This document shows, in pieces, positions 49,125-63,420 of a DNA stretch of 63,712 nt; positions within the stretch are counted from its first letter, which is position 1; each line of letters begins with the position of its first letter. The notes below the pieces were generated by a model. That model was given only the letters and a program-made list of their open reading frames with translations. It searched no databases and was not told the origin of the DNA. This stretch comes from Chlorokybus atmophyticus (lineage: Eukaryota; Plantae; Mesostigma and Chlorokybus algae): positions 627,500 through 691,211 of the forward strand of contig RHPI01003369.1 in assembly GCA_009103225.1 (NCBI GenBank), read 5' to 3'. The translations under genes and the position numbers were made by a program.

Positions 49125-50671
49125 ATGGAGCGCACCCGTCATCAGGCGGGGCTCAAGCGCCGTGATGTGGACACGCCTGCAGCGCAGGCAAGCTGCATTC
49201 AGAAAATCGGGCGTTGGTGAAAGCTAGCAGAGTTTCTTTCCCTTCGCTTTTCCCTTTGCTTTCCCCTTTGCCTGCACCCGCGTAGCTGCATAGCAATAAT
49301 AAGGGTGTGAGCAGTGCTGCTGCTGGTTGCAAGTCATTTGCCGACGCCTGTGACATTCAACGCGCACGAGTATGCTGAGATGCACAAATGAAGGCACCCA
49401 CGGACGCACCCCCCCCCCCATGCACGCACAAGCGCACGTATGCGCAGGCACGCACATGCCCGTATGGGTGCGCATGCGTGCGTGTGCGCGTACATACACG
49501 CATGCACCCCACGCGCACGACCATGAACACCTACCCCCCCCCTACCCCCCTCAGGACCTCGCCTCCTTATCCAAGCGCCTCGGTCTCCACCCCCTCCGCG
49601 ACCTGGACCTCGCCTGGATCGCCCAGGAGTACGCCGCCGCGCCTCTCCCACCCGGATGGCGACACATACCGGCCTCCGGGAAGGACGTGACTGAGAAGTG
49701 GTTACAGGGGAGGAAGAGGTGGGTGGGTGGGTCCATTGGGTGGAGTGGTGGTGTTGGTACTGATGCGAGTTTCTCAGGATCGAGGTGAATGTGAATCCTA
49801 TCGAGCATCGATACAAGGTGCTCGTGCAGCACTTTCAGCAGAGTAGGGGGAGTGGCCAGCCCGTCGACGAGATCACAGGTGGGTGTGGTTGGTGCAGACG
49901 GCAGAGTGTGCGCGCGTGGGTGTTGATTCATGATGGTGCAGTGTTTGAGCTCATGGAGCCGTTGGAGAGGCCGCAAGACGTCATGGAGATGGCCACCTAC
50001 ATGCAGATAGACCTCGACAGGGTTAGTTAACACGCGCGGCCTCATTACATGCTGCTCACACTACACAACTCATCACGCCTATCGCTGCCACACACCCGCA
50101 GGACTTCCACTTGGTATGGGTGGCGAAGCTCGCCGTGCTCGAAGCCCTACCCGAAGGCTGGGTGGGGATACGCACTTACACAACTTCAAACACACCTCTG
50201 TCAGTAGTCAATGTGTGCTCAATTGTCATTGTGTACAAGGTTGAGGTGGAAGGCAGCGATGGGGAGAGTCTCTATCGCAACACTATGACAGGCGAAGAGG
50301 TGTCCGAACACCCTTCCGACGAGTACTTCAAAGCCCTGGTCAGTGTGGTGTGTCGCTGTTGTGGACAACAACAACAACAACAACAACATGAATAACAATG
50401 GTAACAACAGCTTGCGAGGGAGCGCGCGAAGAAGCCCCCGCGCGTGTGCCTGTTCCCCGCGAGTCTGTATTCTGTCCCTGTGGTGCACTACCGCGTGGAC
50501 ACGGGGGCGGACGGCACCGTACGCAGAACGGAAGGTGAGAGAATGTTGAATCTGTTGGGTATGCGTGGGTATGTTTATGCGCGCGTGTGCGTCCATACAC
50601 GCGCATGCACGCACACGCACGCAAGCATGTGCTTGTGTGTGCGTATGTGCCCGCGTGCCATTGTGTCTGAC

Positions 50672-50702
<31 letters not shown>

Positions 50703-53700
50703 GTGTGGCAGAGGTGCCGGCGACGGGAACTTATCTGGACTTCTGGGACGCGTACGGCACCAAGTACTGGTACGACCTGCGCACCGGTCACAAAACCACC
50801 GACCTCAAACTAGTGGTACGTGGTTGTGAAGCCACAGGGGAAACACACACAATCCTCATAACACCAACAATGATGAGGTTGTGCGGCTTGGTGTTACTCG
50901 TTGCAGAAGCAACGACCTGCTGCAATCACCATCCAGCGCATGTACCGTGGTCATGCCGCGCGTCGCCACCTTCTAATCATGCACAGGTGGGTCAGACAGG
51001 CAACAGCGGCACGCATAGGTAGACACGTGCCACACATATGTAGACGCACAGAAACATTATCTTTGCATGCACACATGCATACATACACGAACCCACCATG
51101 TGTAACTTGTTGCAGAGCGTCAGAGAGGTTGGGTCGCGCCTGGCGTACGCGTCGTTTCCGTCATGTGCTCTCCGCAGTGTTCACGCGTCGCAACAGCGCC
51201 GTGCTGCGCATCCAGCGCGAGTGGAGATTGGTACTTACCAAAGTGGACTACTCCAAGCGGCTGTTTGAGAAACTGCTGCAAAGCTATAAAAATAAGAGAA
51301 GCGCGGGGGTGATGGAGACGAGAAGGAGTTTTGGGGGAGTCAGGAGGGGCGTGGTGGTGATACAGAGGAAGCTTAGGGAGGTGAGGGGAGACATATGACC
51401 GCGCGTGTGTGTGTGTGCACGCACATAACCGCGTGTGCGTGTGCGTGTGTACAGTGCGTGCAGATATGGTTGAGGGAACGTAGAGAAAGTGTGTGTCGTG
51501 TGTAGATGTGCCCGTGCCAGCGTGAGCGCATGAGTGTGCGTGCGTGCGTGCATGTGGCGCAACGTGTAAGTCTACTGATAAAGATTCTGCTCTGTGTGCA
51601 GTTGTTTGAGCGTGACGGGCTGCCTAGAAGGCGCGCCCGCCGCGCCAATGCCGCCACGGCCCTCCAGGCCACGTGGCGCGGGTGGCGCACGCGGCGGGAG
51701 TTGGGCATCAAACCTCGCATCAAAGAGGTGGGAGAGACTGTGTATGTCATGTCAAGCTTGTTACTTTCTTTAAGTTGCAACCAACACTTGTCTAACACGC
51801 TTGCGCAGGCGAGAGCACCAAAGCAGCACGTCACAGCAGCAACTTCATCTCCTCCTCCTCCTCAACCACTTCCACTCCCTCCTCCACCCCCTCCTCCATC
51901 TCTGTCTCCTCCTTCTCTGTCTCCTCCTCTAACTCACGCTCACGACACTCTCACCCTCCCCAACGCCGTCCCCATCACCCCCTCTCCTCCCTCATCCCCC
52001 CCGCTCCCACCCTCGCGCGCTGAAGCAACAACAACAATGACGACGCCGTCAGTCCCCGTGGCAGCTGCTCCCCCGCCGCGCACGCACGCCCTCGCGCTGG
52101 ATTCGAACCTGGTGCTAAGTCCGACCAGAGCAATGTCGGTGAGGACGAAGCAGACGCAGGAGCAGCAGTCGGTTGGTGTGGGTGTGGGGTTTGAGGCGGC
52201 GAGGCCGAGCATAACGCCGATGCCGCCACCGCTCCCGCCAGCTGGTGAGAGAGAAACTACTCGCACGCACGTACGCACGCACGCACGTGTGCGCGTGTGG
52301 ACACGCGTGTACATGCGCGTGCACACATGTGCAGATGCATACACACATACATGCCCTCGTGTATGCAGCCTCGCAAGTACGCGCCCACATAGTTGCTTGT
52401 GTTGTGAGGGCTCCTCAACCTTCGCAGGTACGCCCTTGCGGAGGGGTCGCGGGCAGCGGGCGGCTTCACCCGGGCCAAGTAGTACAGATGCGCTGGGGCT
52501 GTCGTCGTCATCAGGGACATCCTTACAATCTTCGCTCTCGGGAGCAATGGCACCACCACCACCACCACCACCAACAACAACGACAATGCCTTCCTCAACT
52601 ACAACGACAGCACCCATGCCGCTCGCTGCAGTTAGCGACCCACACCAACATGTTATGTCCGCTCCAGCGCCACCCACAACATTGCCTATACAGACCGCTG
52701 CTTTGCAGAGCGTCCATCAGTCTGAGCCGATAAGTTCAATCGCAACTCCGCCTGCAGCTGCGATATCCCCTGCACGACTCGCATCAGCACCAACAGTACT
52801 ACCCAAAAGCGTGGAGCCGGAAGCATTGATGTCACCAACAGCACCCGCCAGTCACTCCCAACCAAGCGCAACAACATCGACCCCGACATTGCTTCAGCCG
52901 CATGCACAGACGGCTGCAGCTGGTGCCTTGATATTCCCCACATCGCCTCCACAGGCACCGGTAGACTCTGCGATATCAGCGCCACAAGGCTCCGGGCAGC
53001 CGCGACCCGCGTTACCAACCCCAACTATAGGGGCGGGTTCAGCAGTGGCTCCCGTGCCAGCTAGACAGGCGAAGCCGGTGCCATCAGCAGCACCTGTGCT
53101 GATATCGTCTCCACAACAAGCACAAAGTGTTGCAATGACATCGACACCGAACACGGTATCGGCAGCAGCAGGAGGGATGTTTGCGCCGTCTCAGAAGCCT
53201 TCAGCGCCACCTGCAGCTCCAGCAACATCGATCCCAGCTCCCACGCAAGGTCACCCGCCCTCGGCAGCTCCCATGCTGGCAGGAGGGCCCACTGTGCGGC
53301 CCGCGATTCTGCCACAGCAACCAGCCTCCTCCTCTGCGTCCACAATAACGCCGGCGACATCGGGAGCGATATCCACAGCAGCAGTAACGTCCGTGGGAAT
53401 ATCTGCACCGCAACCACAGCCAATCAGGCCCTCAGGTCTGTCTCCAGTACCAGTAATATCAGCCCCAGCTCCCGCACGGGGTGAGCCACTCTCGGTTATG
53501 CGGCCAGGGGTATCAACACTACCGCAGCAAGCATCTTCTTCCACATCCACAACAACACCTGCAACATCATCAGCAGCAGCGCCAATAACGGCACCGACTA
53601 CAGCACAGCTACACGCAGGGCCGCCCGTGCCAACAGCAGCAGCGGCAACGATATCTCTGCCACAACCACAAGGACCCAAGCCTTCAGGTCCACCTTTAGC

Positions 53701-54127
53701 GCCACTACTACCAACACCAGTGATATCGGCACCGGCAGCAGCAACGTCCAGCTTGATGGCTCAGTCCCTCCAGCCCGCGGCGCCGATATCGCTGCTGCCG
53801 GGCATGCAGAAACCGACGATGATGGGACAAATATCGCCTCCAGTGCAGCAGGTATCTCACCCGCAAGGAGCGATATTGGCGCCTCCACCTGCGGGGCTGT
53901 CCGTCCCTCCCAGGGTGTCTAACCGGCCCCCGGCTATGTTATCGAGCCAACTCCCCGTTGGCGTATCAGTTGCAGGACCGAGACCCCCTGTGGTGAGGCC
54001 AATGTTGGCACCCCCCAATGGCAATGTCATGATATCACCCTCAGCGATGCCACACGCTGGAAGCGTGGTGCCAGCGGGAGTGCGACCACCGCTACCGGTA
54101 TCAGTGCAAGTTCTGCCGGTATGGTAA
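49125..54127 (+). CDS. Protein with CEP164-like WW modules, IQ motifs and a long Pro/Ser/Thr/Ala-rich tail (exon structure approximate)
   Basis: KRLGLHPLRDLDLAWIAQEYAAAPLPPGW; ATYMQIDLDR|DFHLVWVAKLAVLEALPEGW...LYRNTMTGEEVSEHPSDEYF; AAITIQRMYRGHAARR; AATALQATWRGWRTRR. Confidence 0.6.
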
Positions 54128-55726
54128 ACCGCGGGTTGTGCTGGTGTTCAAGTTGTGTTTTGTCGTTGTGTGTAACAAGTTCTTGTACAACATGCAGGGC
54201 CTTTCGCAACAAGTGAGACCACCTCCGCAGCCTCCCCCACAGACACGGAGCACTTAGGAGGCAGGCATACAGTATATGTAGCGGTTGTGTTGTGCAGTGC
54301 CCTTTAATCTTTTTCAGAGAACATGTGCATGTGCGCGTGCGTGTGTTTAGTTGTGGCAAGCACTGTATGGCAAATCGTGCAGGTCTCCCTTTGCAGACTC
54401 ACACGTGCGAGCACGGTTGCCAGAGTGCAGTCCTCACAAGGGACACCGCCAGTTGTTACCACATCTTCAATCCAACACAAAGTCTCAGTCTTGCGCGCAT
54501 GTGCCCGATGTTTGCAGTCAATTCATGTCAACCGGGTGCTCGTGCGCGTCCGAAATTTAGCCTTGTACGAGCGCTCGCACTTCCACAACGCACAACAACG
54601 ACACTAACACCACCAGCACTACAAATAACAACAAGGACGATAACCACAACAACCATGATCCACACAACTTTCAATAGCAATTATAACAACATTAACAACA
54701 CTGTGCGCAACGCCTTCACACATGTAGCAAAAGCTTGCGAGAGTACAGAGAAATCATAGTATTGGTGTACAAAAGGTGGAGTGCTGATAAGACCGCATGC
54801 AAGGGATCATAAGCATGAGACATGCATGTAGTCGTGCACACGCCGCAAGCAAACAGTCAGCAGCAGTCACAGTGCTATTTCACCACCGGGCTAGGTACTT
54901 CTAACGCACTAAACTACCACTACTTGGCTACCCCGTTAGTCATGCATGCATGCATGCATGTATGTTCCATTATCACCTGCAGTTGGCAGCAGCAGCAGCG
55001 TCAGGCCAAAGTTGCACGGTCGTGCAGCGGTATGCGAGTACGAGCATGAGCATGCAGCGTGTGAGTGCACCTTCTCCTCTCCCTTCCCCTCCTCCTCTCC
55101 CTCCCCTCTCTGTCCCCTCCTCCTCCCCCGCCCCTCTCTCTCTCCTCTCGCCACGTCCGTCTCCCTTGCTGGCGACACAGCAACCCTTGTTGCTGTGCAA
55201 GGGAGGGCCCCTCTGCCCCGCCCCTCTGCTGTCCTGACTCTCCTTGGGTGCGTAGTGCGAGTCCGCACTGCATGCAGTAGCAGCGGCGCTGTCGGTGGCG
55301 GTTAGGTATTGCTGGTGGGGTTGGGTGGTGGTATCTTCGGCACGGGCAAGCTCGATTACCAGTCAGCCTACTCCCCGCGCACTGGGTGCACTACTGCACT
55401 CCAACATCAGGCGCGGTGTTTGCGCACTTCTGCGAACACCAGCTTGTACAACAGCTCTGGAGGGGTGCAGTATGCATACTTGTCGGCCGTGATCATCCTG
55501 TGGCGTAGCGTGGCCAGCAGCCGCTTCAATGCATGGCCAACTGCTTGCATGGCTAGCAGCAAAGCGCTCATAGCCGCGATGATATGCGTGCCATACGTGC
55601 ACACACGCACGAATTTCGCGTACTGTGACTCCACGACTCCTAACTTCACACAAATGTGCATCTTGATTAGTACAGATTGCACCGGTATGCATAATGCGTA
55701 TGCTAGCATACGTGTCACACGCACAC

Positions 55727-55930
<204 letters not shown>

Positions 55931-56353
55931 ATGCATAAACACAACAATCCATAATGGTCAAGACAAGCACGTCGCGTGTGTGCATTAGGGGTTACAAACT
56001 AGGCTAACAGCAAAAAAAGTGGTGCCCCAAGTGTTTACCAGTTCCATGTGCGCCTCCAGCCTGTATTGCATTACTCCCACAACTTGAAAAAGAATTCCAA
56101 GGAAATAATAAAAAAGTCGTAAAAATGACTGCCTGTGCTGCCTGCGAAACAGCAGATATCAGCAGGTCGCGGCAGCATATTTACGAGCTGACTGTTTATT
56201 GATCGGGCGGCATGTCAAGCCAAGAATATGCAAGTCACATTGATATCGCCGCTTCATAACGCAGAGGTCAATGTCTGCCACGTGGCGGCAGCTGGAGGGG
56301 CAGAACGCGGCGGCGGCGGCGGCGGCAGCGGTGGTGGCGGCGAGATCAGCCGC

Positions 56354-58231
56354 ATGGGGCAGTACAGCCCCGCGCCGCAACCCCAGCGCATGGCGGCGGC
56401 GGGGATACCTTGTCGGTACGGGCGGGGCTGCCTGAACCCGGCCTGCAAGTTCGCCCACCCCGCCGGCCACCACAGCCACAACCACCACAGTCCTGCGACC
56501 GGCCCTCCCATCGCAGTCAGGAGCCGGTTCCAATACCGTCGCACTGAGGAGGACCAGGCCGGCCCTCCTCCCGCTGCTGCTGCCGATGATCACGACAGCC
56601 TCCACAATAATACCAGCCACAGCCGCAGCCAGCAGCAGGGGCTCCAAACCCTTAAGCGCACGCACTCCCAGCAGGCGACTGTCAACAATATTACATTTAG
56701 CGATGAGGCTGATGTTGAGGACGACGACGCAGCAGCAGTGGCAAAAAGGCAAAGGGTGAGTTTTTGGTGGTACACGTGAAAATCAATCTGTTTACAGGCA
56801 GTTGCGGGTTTGAATTCACTATCTAAGTTCTCCATGTTGAGGTTGGGTCATGGGTTTGAGATTGGAATACAATGGGTTAGGTTATTGTGAGTTGTCTTGC
56901 AAGCAAGCCCTTGTGCATTAGAGCTACTGCTGGAGTCCAATCTTTACTTTGATCTGTGCCAGTCTTGAAACACACAAGTGGCTCGGGTTAATGTCATGTA
57001 GGTGCAGACGTGATCAATGCCACAGCTGCAGTCTTCAAGTTGCATTGTCACCGGTTGAGTCATACGATCTTTATCACGTGCGCTGTCACGTACACTATTG
57101 CACAAAGTCACTTCATCGTGTTTTGGTTTTCTAAGTGTGTTGACTCCAAGCACATGCTTGCAACCTTGAACTGTCCTCATCCCCAATACTGTGTCATCCC
57201 CCAGGTTGAGGAGGCAAGGCAGAGCGCTCGGTCCGCGGTCGAGGCGCGGCTTCGTCAGGCGGAAGAGCAGGCGCGTGAGCTGGCGGAGCGCATCGCCGCA
57301 GCGGCGCGCGTCAGGCAGGAAACTGCTGAGCGGGAGTCCCGCGAGCGAGCGGAGGCCGAGGAACGCGCGCGACGGGAGGCTGCAAGGCTGCGGTCCCAGC
57401 GACTCAATGCCGGGTTCGCAAGGGTAAGAACAGGGCTTGAATAAATGCTGCACGCTGTGTTGCGTGCTTACTACAGATCCTCCTACACGCTGGAGCTGTC
57501 ACGTACTGCAATTACCATTGCTAGCATGCACATAAGTCACGACCAGTTGATGTTGTTGTTTTGCTAAGCACTACAATTGCCCGTGGGAAATCATGGACTG
57601 GCGTTGTAAACTTTAGAAAATCAGAATCATGAGAGTGGCAATGGTTTGTAACTTTGAACAAAGTCACAGTGGCCAACAAACTACCCAGTGGTGGTTGGAT
57701 GGCTGTTTGTGACTGGACACGACTATCACTGCACACAATGTCTGGGGTCAATGCCTGCATCAGACACCAGTCAGATGTGCTGATCGGCATGACCATTATG
57801 ATTGCAAATAGTGACCCCAAGTGAAGGTGGTATACACTTTGCTAGTTACTGCCAAGCAGTGTTGGCCGCAAGCACTGTTGCATATGATTGACCAGGTTTA
57901 CCGAGCAAATGACATGGTGCTGACCAGGGATGATGGTTGTCATTCACCTTCCGCGCAGGTTGCGCAGCAGAGGATGAGCGAGAAGCAGGTGGCCAGGGAG
58001 CGCGTTGATATGGAGGAGCGCGCGGTGCGGCGGATCCTCGCCAGCGATGGCAGTGACCCGCACGAGTGTCTTGGCGTGGACAGGGGCGCATCTCTAGACG
58101 CCATCAAGCGGCAGTACCGCGCGCTAGCGCTCACGCTCCATCCCGACAAGAACAGCAGCGTCCAGGCTAAGGCAGCCTTCCAGCGTGTAGCTACGGCTTA
58201 CAGGACGCTTACCGCGCAGCTCGCCGCTTAG
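56354..58231 (+). CDS. CCCH zinc finger + coiled coil + C-terminal DnaJ-domain protein
   Basis: CRYGRGCLNPACKFAHP; E/R/A-rich exon 57205-57423; J-domain DPHECLGV...YRALALTLHPDKN...AFQRVATAY. Confidence 0.72.
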
Positions 58232-59082
58232 GATTGTGTATTTAGTGGTGCATTGCTGCTGCTGCTAGTGTAGGGTGCTGATGTGTCGACATGCGCGCAC
58301 ACCATGACGTCATGTTTCTAAGGTAGTGAACTGTTGCAAACAACAGCTGCGCGGGCTCCCTGTCTGCTTCATAGCTTCGGATATCGGACTGAGTTGCTAC
58401 ATAGGATATATAGAATGTCAACTGGACAGGTGCTTGCCCATTACCATTCAAGGACTGGCCGTTACTATACCTTCATGCAGTCTTGTAACATGGTGTGCAA
58501 AGATTGCACTGAGGGGTTGTGCATACTACATAGCGTACAGCAGACTTTTGCGACGCACACTCCAAGAACAAGGGGTGCAAACACATGTAGCCCGGTGGTG
58601 TTATATGTAAATGCATGCATGCGGTGTGCTGAGTTGATATGTGAGTGTGCTTTGCATGCGCGTGATGCAGCTTGCATCTTTTGTACACATACTTTCACAA
58701 ATCTCAAGGGCCTGAGCCATTTGTTCACTGCACGACAACTGCGCAGCAAGTCTGTGTGACCTGGCCTATCAGCACGCAGCCGCACTGAAATATTATGCAT
58801 GCAATGCTGTGTACACTCACTGAAAAGTATGCTACAGTTACTGCCTAAGCTGTGTCGCAGAGCATATAGCCATCATGGAAGCATGTGGAACCACGCAGAC
58901 AGTTGAATGGCTGACATAATGCAGGCACGCGGAGTGCCTCATAGTTTCCCATAGTACTTGTACGCGCTCTGTATCTAGCCAATAGCAGCTTAATCACCGT
59001 GCAGCCAATCAAAGAGCGTGCCTGCACGATCGTCATCCCCCCTCCCCCTCACCTCTCTTATGCATAATACTGTACACCACAC

Positions 59083-60583
59083 CTATCTTTCCTCAGGCCT
59101 GTCAAACCTGAACTCCTGCAGATAAGGGTCGTGACCGACATCTGCGGTGAGCTCATGCAACTGCGAGACGTCCTCGTTTGCGGCGGGCATGAACGTGGGA
59201 AGAGGGAAATTGTCATCAATCGGCTTCTTAATGGCATCCTTGACTAAGAGAAAGTTCCCGGCATGGCCAGGCACCTGCACCATCACAGTCTCAAGTAGTA
59301 AGCAAAGTTGCAACAAGGGAGAACTGCATGCCAGGCTGTGAGAGCATGTGTTGTGGTGACGGCTTGGACTTGAGCAGTTGGACAACAAGTCACTGGCTTT
59401 GTGTGGTTCTGTTGTGTCAGTACCTGGCCCCTCACGTAGAGGAGGTTGCGCACGGGGTCAACCTTGTACAACCACACGTTTTGAACGGTGCGGCGGTCGA
59501 CGCCCATCTGCCCAGGCATCTTCTTGCCCTTGAACACCTTGCCGGGGTCTTGGCACTGGCCCGTTGAACCCGGCGTCCTGTGTGCCAAAGAGTTGCCGTG
59601 AGACGCCGTGCCTCCCTTGAAGCCATGCCTTTTCATTACACCCTGCACACAACCAACACAGCGCCATCAGCCATGATGCTTCCCTGCGTGCACGCACGAA
59701 TGTGAACACCCCCAACACACAAACACACGTGCGCATACTCGTCATGCACGCACGATGCCCACACCCACACCCACCTGGAAGCCCTTGCCAATGGTGATGC
59801 CTGTAATGTCCAAGTACTGTCCCGGGACAAAATGGCGTGCTGTAAGGTGCGTGCCAGGCGGAATGACGCAGTCTGGCGTGACACGGAATTCTGCAAGTCG
59901 TCTCTTGAGCGGCACGCCGGCCGCGTACAGGTGCCCGACCTCGCCCTTCCCCATGCGCTTCTCCTTGTTGTCGCCGCAACCCAACTGCAGACCCCAGTAA
60001 CCCTCATGCTCAGCAGTCTTCACCTGAACAACCTGAAAAGCAAACCAAAACAGTGGTATAGAGTTGAAGCAAAAAGCAAGCACAAAGTGTGTACAGTCGT
60101 TAGCACGCACATACTTATGCCAAGTACATATGTCAAGTTCAGCAAAGACACGAGCACATTCACACATAGGGCAATGCAAGGTGAAATGCCATTGCAATTG
60201 TAGTGTGCTTTTAATTGCAAGTTGATGTGAAGCCAAGCTAGCCAGCATTGTGAGTTTTGAAGCTTGCGCGTGTGACCAATGCTGCGCACCTGGCAGTTAT
60301 CTATAGCGATGACGGTGAGCGGCATGCGGACGCCCCACTGGTCCCACAGGGACGTCATGCCGCACTTGATTGCTATGACACCCGTGCGCTTGGAAGGCCC
60401 ATGGTAGGTCGCTGCGGCGGCCCGCCAGGCCGCCTCCCTGACCTCATACGGCCTGACGTACGCCGCCTCCTGATGCTGCTCCCTCAGCGCACCTGAAGCG
60501 GCAGCGGAGACTTCACCTTCTGGCGCAGAATAGCATCTCGTCCCGGAACGCACCACAGCCGCTGCAGCCCTCCAGCCCCTCAT
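59083..60583 (-). CDS. RPL3: Mitochondrial ribosomal protein uL3m (multi-exon)
   Basis: [12 protein letters not shown]; [20 protein letters not shown]|[47 protein letters not shown]; Arg/Ala-rich presequence. Confidence 0.92.
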
Positions 60584-60887
60584 CGCCACCGCCGCCGCCG
60601 CCGCAGCGGCATCCGACGCCGATGACACTGCTGAGAGGAACAAACCCTAATGACGATGGCAGCGCAGATGCCCAGGCGCGATTATCGCGCGCGCTTCACA
60701 GCGCGAAGCACTCTTGGTTACTGCTCCCAGTCGTGCTTCGATGACGTAACCAGTCTCCGAGTAATCTGGCAATGAGATCGCACTTGAGCAAGACAAGCGC
60801 ATCATCGCTGCTGCTGCGGCGGCAGGAGACGTGGCGGAGGACGGACAGGAGCAGGATTAGGAAGAGAAGCAGAACAGGCTAGCAGTC

Positions 60888-62017
60888 ATGGAGGCTGTCG
60901 TGTGCTCTGTGCCCGTGGCTGCCGCGCCCTGCGTGTCGGCGTCCGCGTCCGTGCCATCGTCGTCCTGCAGGGCGCAGAGGGCGGTGGCAAGGCCGAGGGG
61001 GTCGTTGCGCTGCAGCAGCTGGCGGGGACAGTGCCTGCAGCTCGTCGGCGCCGAGGCGGCGACAGGAGGCAGCAGATCGTTGTCCAGTCAGCCGATCCAC
61101 GAGCGCATGGCTGCCGTCGTCGCCTCGGACGGCAAGGCCCCCAGCGTCTCTCTGACCGACGAGGAGGAGGGTGGCGAGAGGGACGAGTCGCCCCTTGAAG
61201 TTGACATCAAGGTGATCGGCTGAGCTCTTCTGGAGGCACGCTAGCAGCTTTCAGTCAGACGACAGCGGCTGCAGCACTGCATGCACGCATTGCCATGGCT
61301 TTTGCTGATGAGAGTGAAAAGCAGTACGCCAGTAACTTTGTTGCTTAGTGGCATGCATGTTGTTGTTGTTGTTGTTGTTGTTGTTCATGCAGCTTGCTTT
61401 AGGTCAGTTCTCTGCCGTGCTAGCCTGTGCTTGTCGCTTTGCACTTGACAGAGAGTTGCGTATAACTGCACCAATGCTGACGGCCATCGTGTCGCTAGGT
61501 AGAAGGCATGGTGTGCGACGGCTGCAGCAGCCGAGTGCGGGACGCATTGAAGGTGAGTTGCATTTCATGGGCTGTTCAGTTAACACACACCTCAGCTGGC
61601 AGCATACTGTGAGTGGAAGTGGAATGAACACTGCGCCAGAACAAACAATGGTGTAACTTTTGGCCTGTATTGTTGCTCATTGCCTTTGGCCATTGCAGGC
61701 AAACCCCGCTGTGCTGGATGCAGAAGTGTCTCTTGAACGCAAGGTTGCCTCAGTCAAGGTATGGTTTGTACTGCTTTGCATGTGAAGGCCATGGCAACAA
61801 CATGCAATGGTGTCCACTATGAATGCACGCACACTCAGATACTGCTGTCAAGACAATTCCGCAGCTACATCATTGCCATGGAACGTCTTAGACAAAGTAA
61901 TGAATACAAACGTTTATGCAGTTGGCCTCCGGCAACATGATTGATGCGATGGAGCTGTTGCCGAGTCTGCTGGCCGCAGTGGAGGAGATTGGCTTCCAAG
62001 CTGAGCCGGACCTTTGA
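60888..62017 (+). CDS. Plastid-targeted single HMA-domain protein (copper chaperone-like); exons 60888-61211, 61499-61552, 61699-61758, 61922-62017
   Basis: All four exons join in frame at GT-AG: ...PLEVDIK|VEGMVCDGCSSRVRDALK|ANPAVLDAEVSLERKVASVK|LASGN...AVEEIGFQAEPDL*. Contains the GMxCxxC metal-binding motif and a Ser/Ala/Arg-rich transit peptide. Confidence 0.82.
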
Positions 62018-62495
62018 GACGCGAGTGAGTTGACCACCAGGGGGAGCAACTCTGCTGGTTTAACAGTTTTGACACAACGAGGTGTAGCAGATACATGTGT
62101 TGTCGCAAGAGCTGTGGTATGTGCTCTTCACAAGGTTGGTGTCCCATTTTGCGAGTGTAACCATCAGCGAGACCTAAGTGTTATGGTGACATGCTTGCAG
62201 CACTGCATCCAGGTATCACATGTGGGGTGTATAATAAATAGAGTGCAAGGATTGTGGCATGCATGAGAGTGTGACACACACATGCATGAGCAGTCGACTC
62301 ACCACACCATGAAGCACTCTCATTGACCACCGGGCTGCCAACCTAGCTGCTACCTACCTTCTCTACTGCCCATACCCATTAGACATGCATGCATGCATGC
62401 GTGCGTCATCACCTGCACATGCGCCTTGGTCAGCGGCCTTTGTGTTTCCATCTGCAACCTTTTGCCTACAAGGATCATCGCTATTTGTATGTGTA

Positions 62496-63420
62496 CTAGC
62501 GCAGTACTGTACACAAGCCTATCACACTAAGGTTATGACTGGCGCAGTGTGCGCATGGCAACCACCGCTGTGATTGCATTACAACAAAATCAGTGTTGTT
62601 CTCCAGCAGTAGTGTGGGTACCCTGATCACTCTCAAGGTGGGACACGCGCCGTTTTTCTGTGGTGAAGCTTGGCTTGCAGACACCATCTCTGGCACATCG
62701 TCTTGACTGTCTTCAAATTGGGACGCTGCGGACTGTGGCGAGTCTTCCACAGCTTGTAGCTGCTTGCCGCGATCACGGGCGATTATCTCCGCGCAACCAC
62801 ACTCGAGCAACGCCGCAACTGATTTCGCATCCGGTCCGTATGGCCCAACTGGAAGCATCAATCGCTTGCACAAGCTGGCGAGCTGAAAGTCGTCCCATTG
62901 CTCACCCCACGGCTGTGAAGGTCAGAGAGTCAAACTACATGTGCATGACAGCGCCCCGTGCATGCGTGCATGCGTGCGTGCATGCGTCCTCGCGCTTGTC
63001 TTTTTTAAGTCACGCATTTATATGCACTTGATGCACATCAAAGCCCACACCAAGGCCCCATTCACACCTAGTGTGACTTGCCTTCCTGGAGAAGTTAAAC
63101 GTGCATACAAACTGCCAATCGCCAGGTATTGTGATGCTATTGCGTTAAGTGTCCGCTCTTAGCATCCTATGGAAATCCCTGTAGTGCGAGTACAACATCA
63201 CAGTTGCACCCCCTGGCACTGCAGACTCCACGTAGTCCACCACCTCCTGCCAAACCTGCGCCATGAGGCAATGTTACTGTTGCTGTGAGTCCGATCCGGA
63301 TAGAATGCTGAGGGTTTGGTTGACTTGTCTCCTCTGAGCAACCGCACTTCCAATATACAGACTGAATGCCGCACGGATGAAATTCTAAAATTCTCACATC
63401 GCTAGTGGCCTGGCTCAACT
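62496..63420 (-). CDS. 3' exons of an unidentified protein-coding gene
   Basis: Protein-like open segments VWQEVVDYVESAVPGGATVMLYSHYRDF and PWGEQWDDFQLASLCKRLMLPVGPYG; family not recognised. Confidence 0.35.

Noticed and set aside
51506-54127. 873-aa ORF as a stand-alone protein
   Set aside because: It contains intron-like CA/GT-rich stretches read in frame; it is better explained as the 3' exons of the WW/IQ gene.
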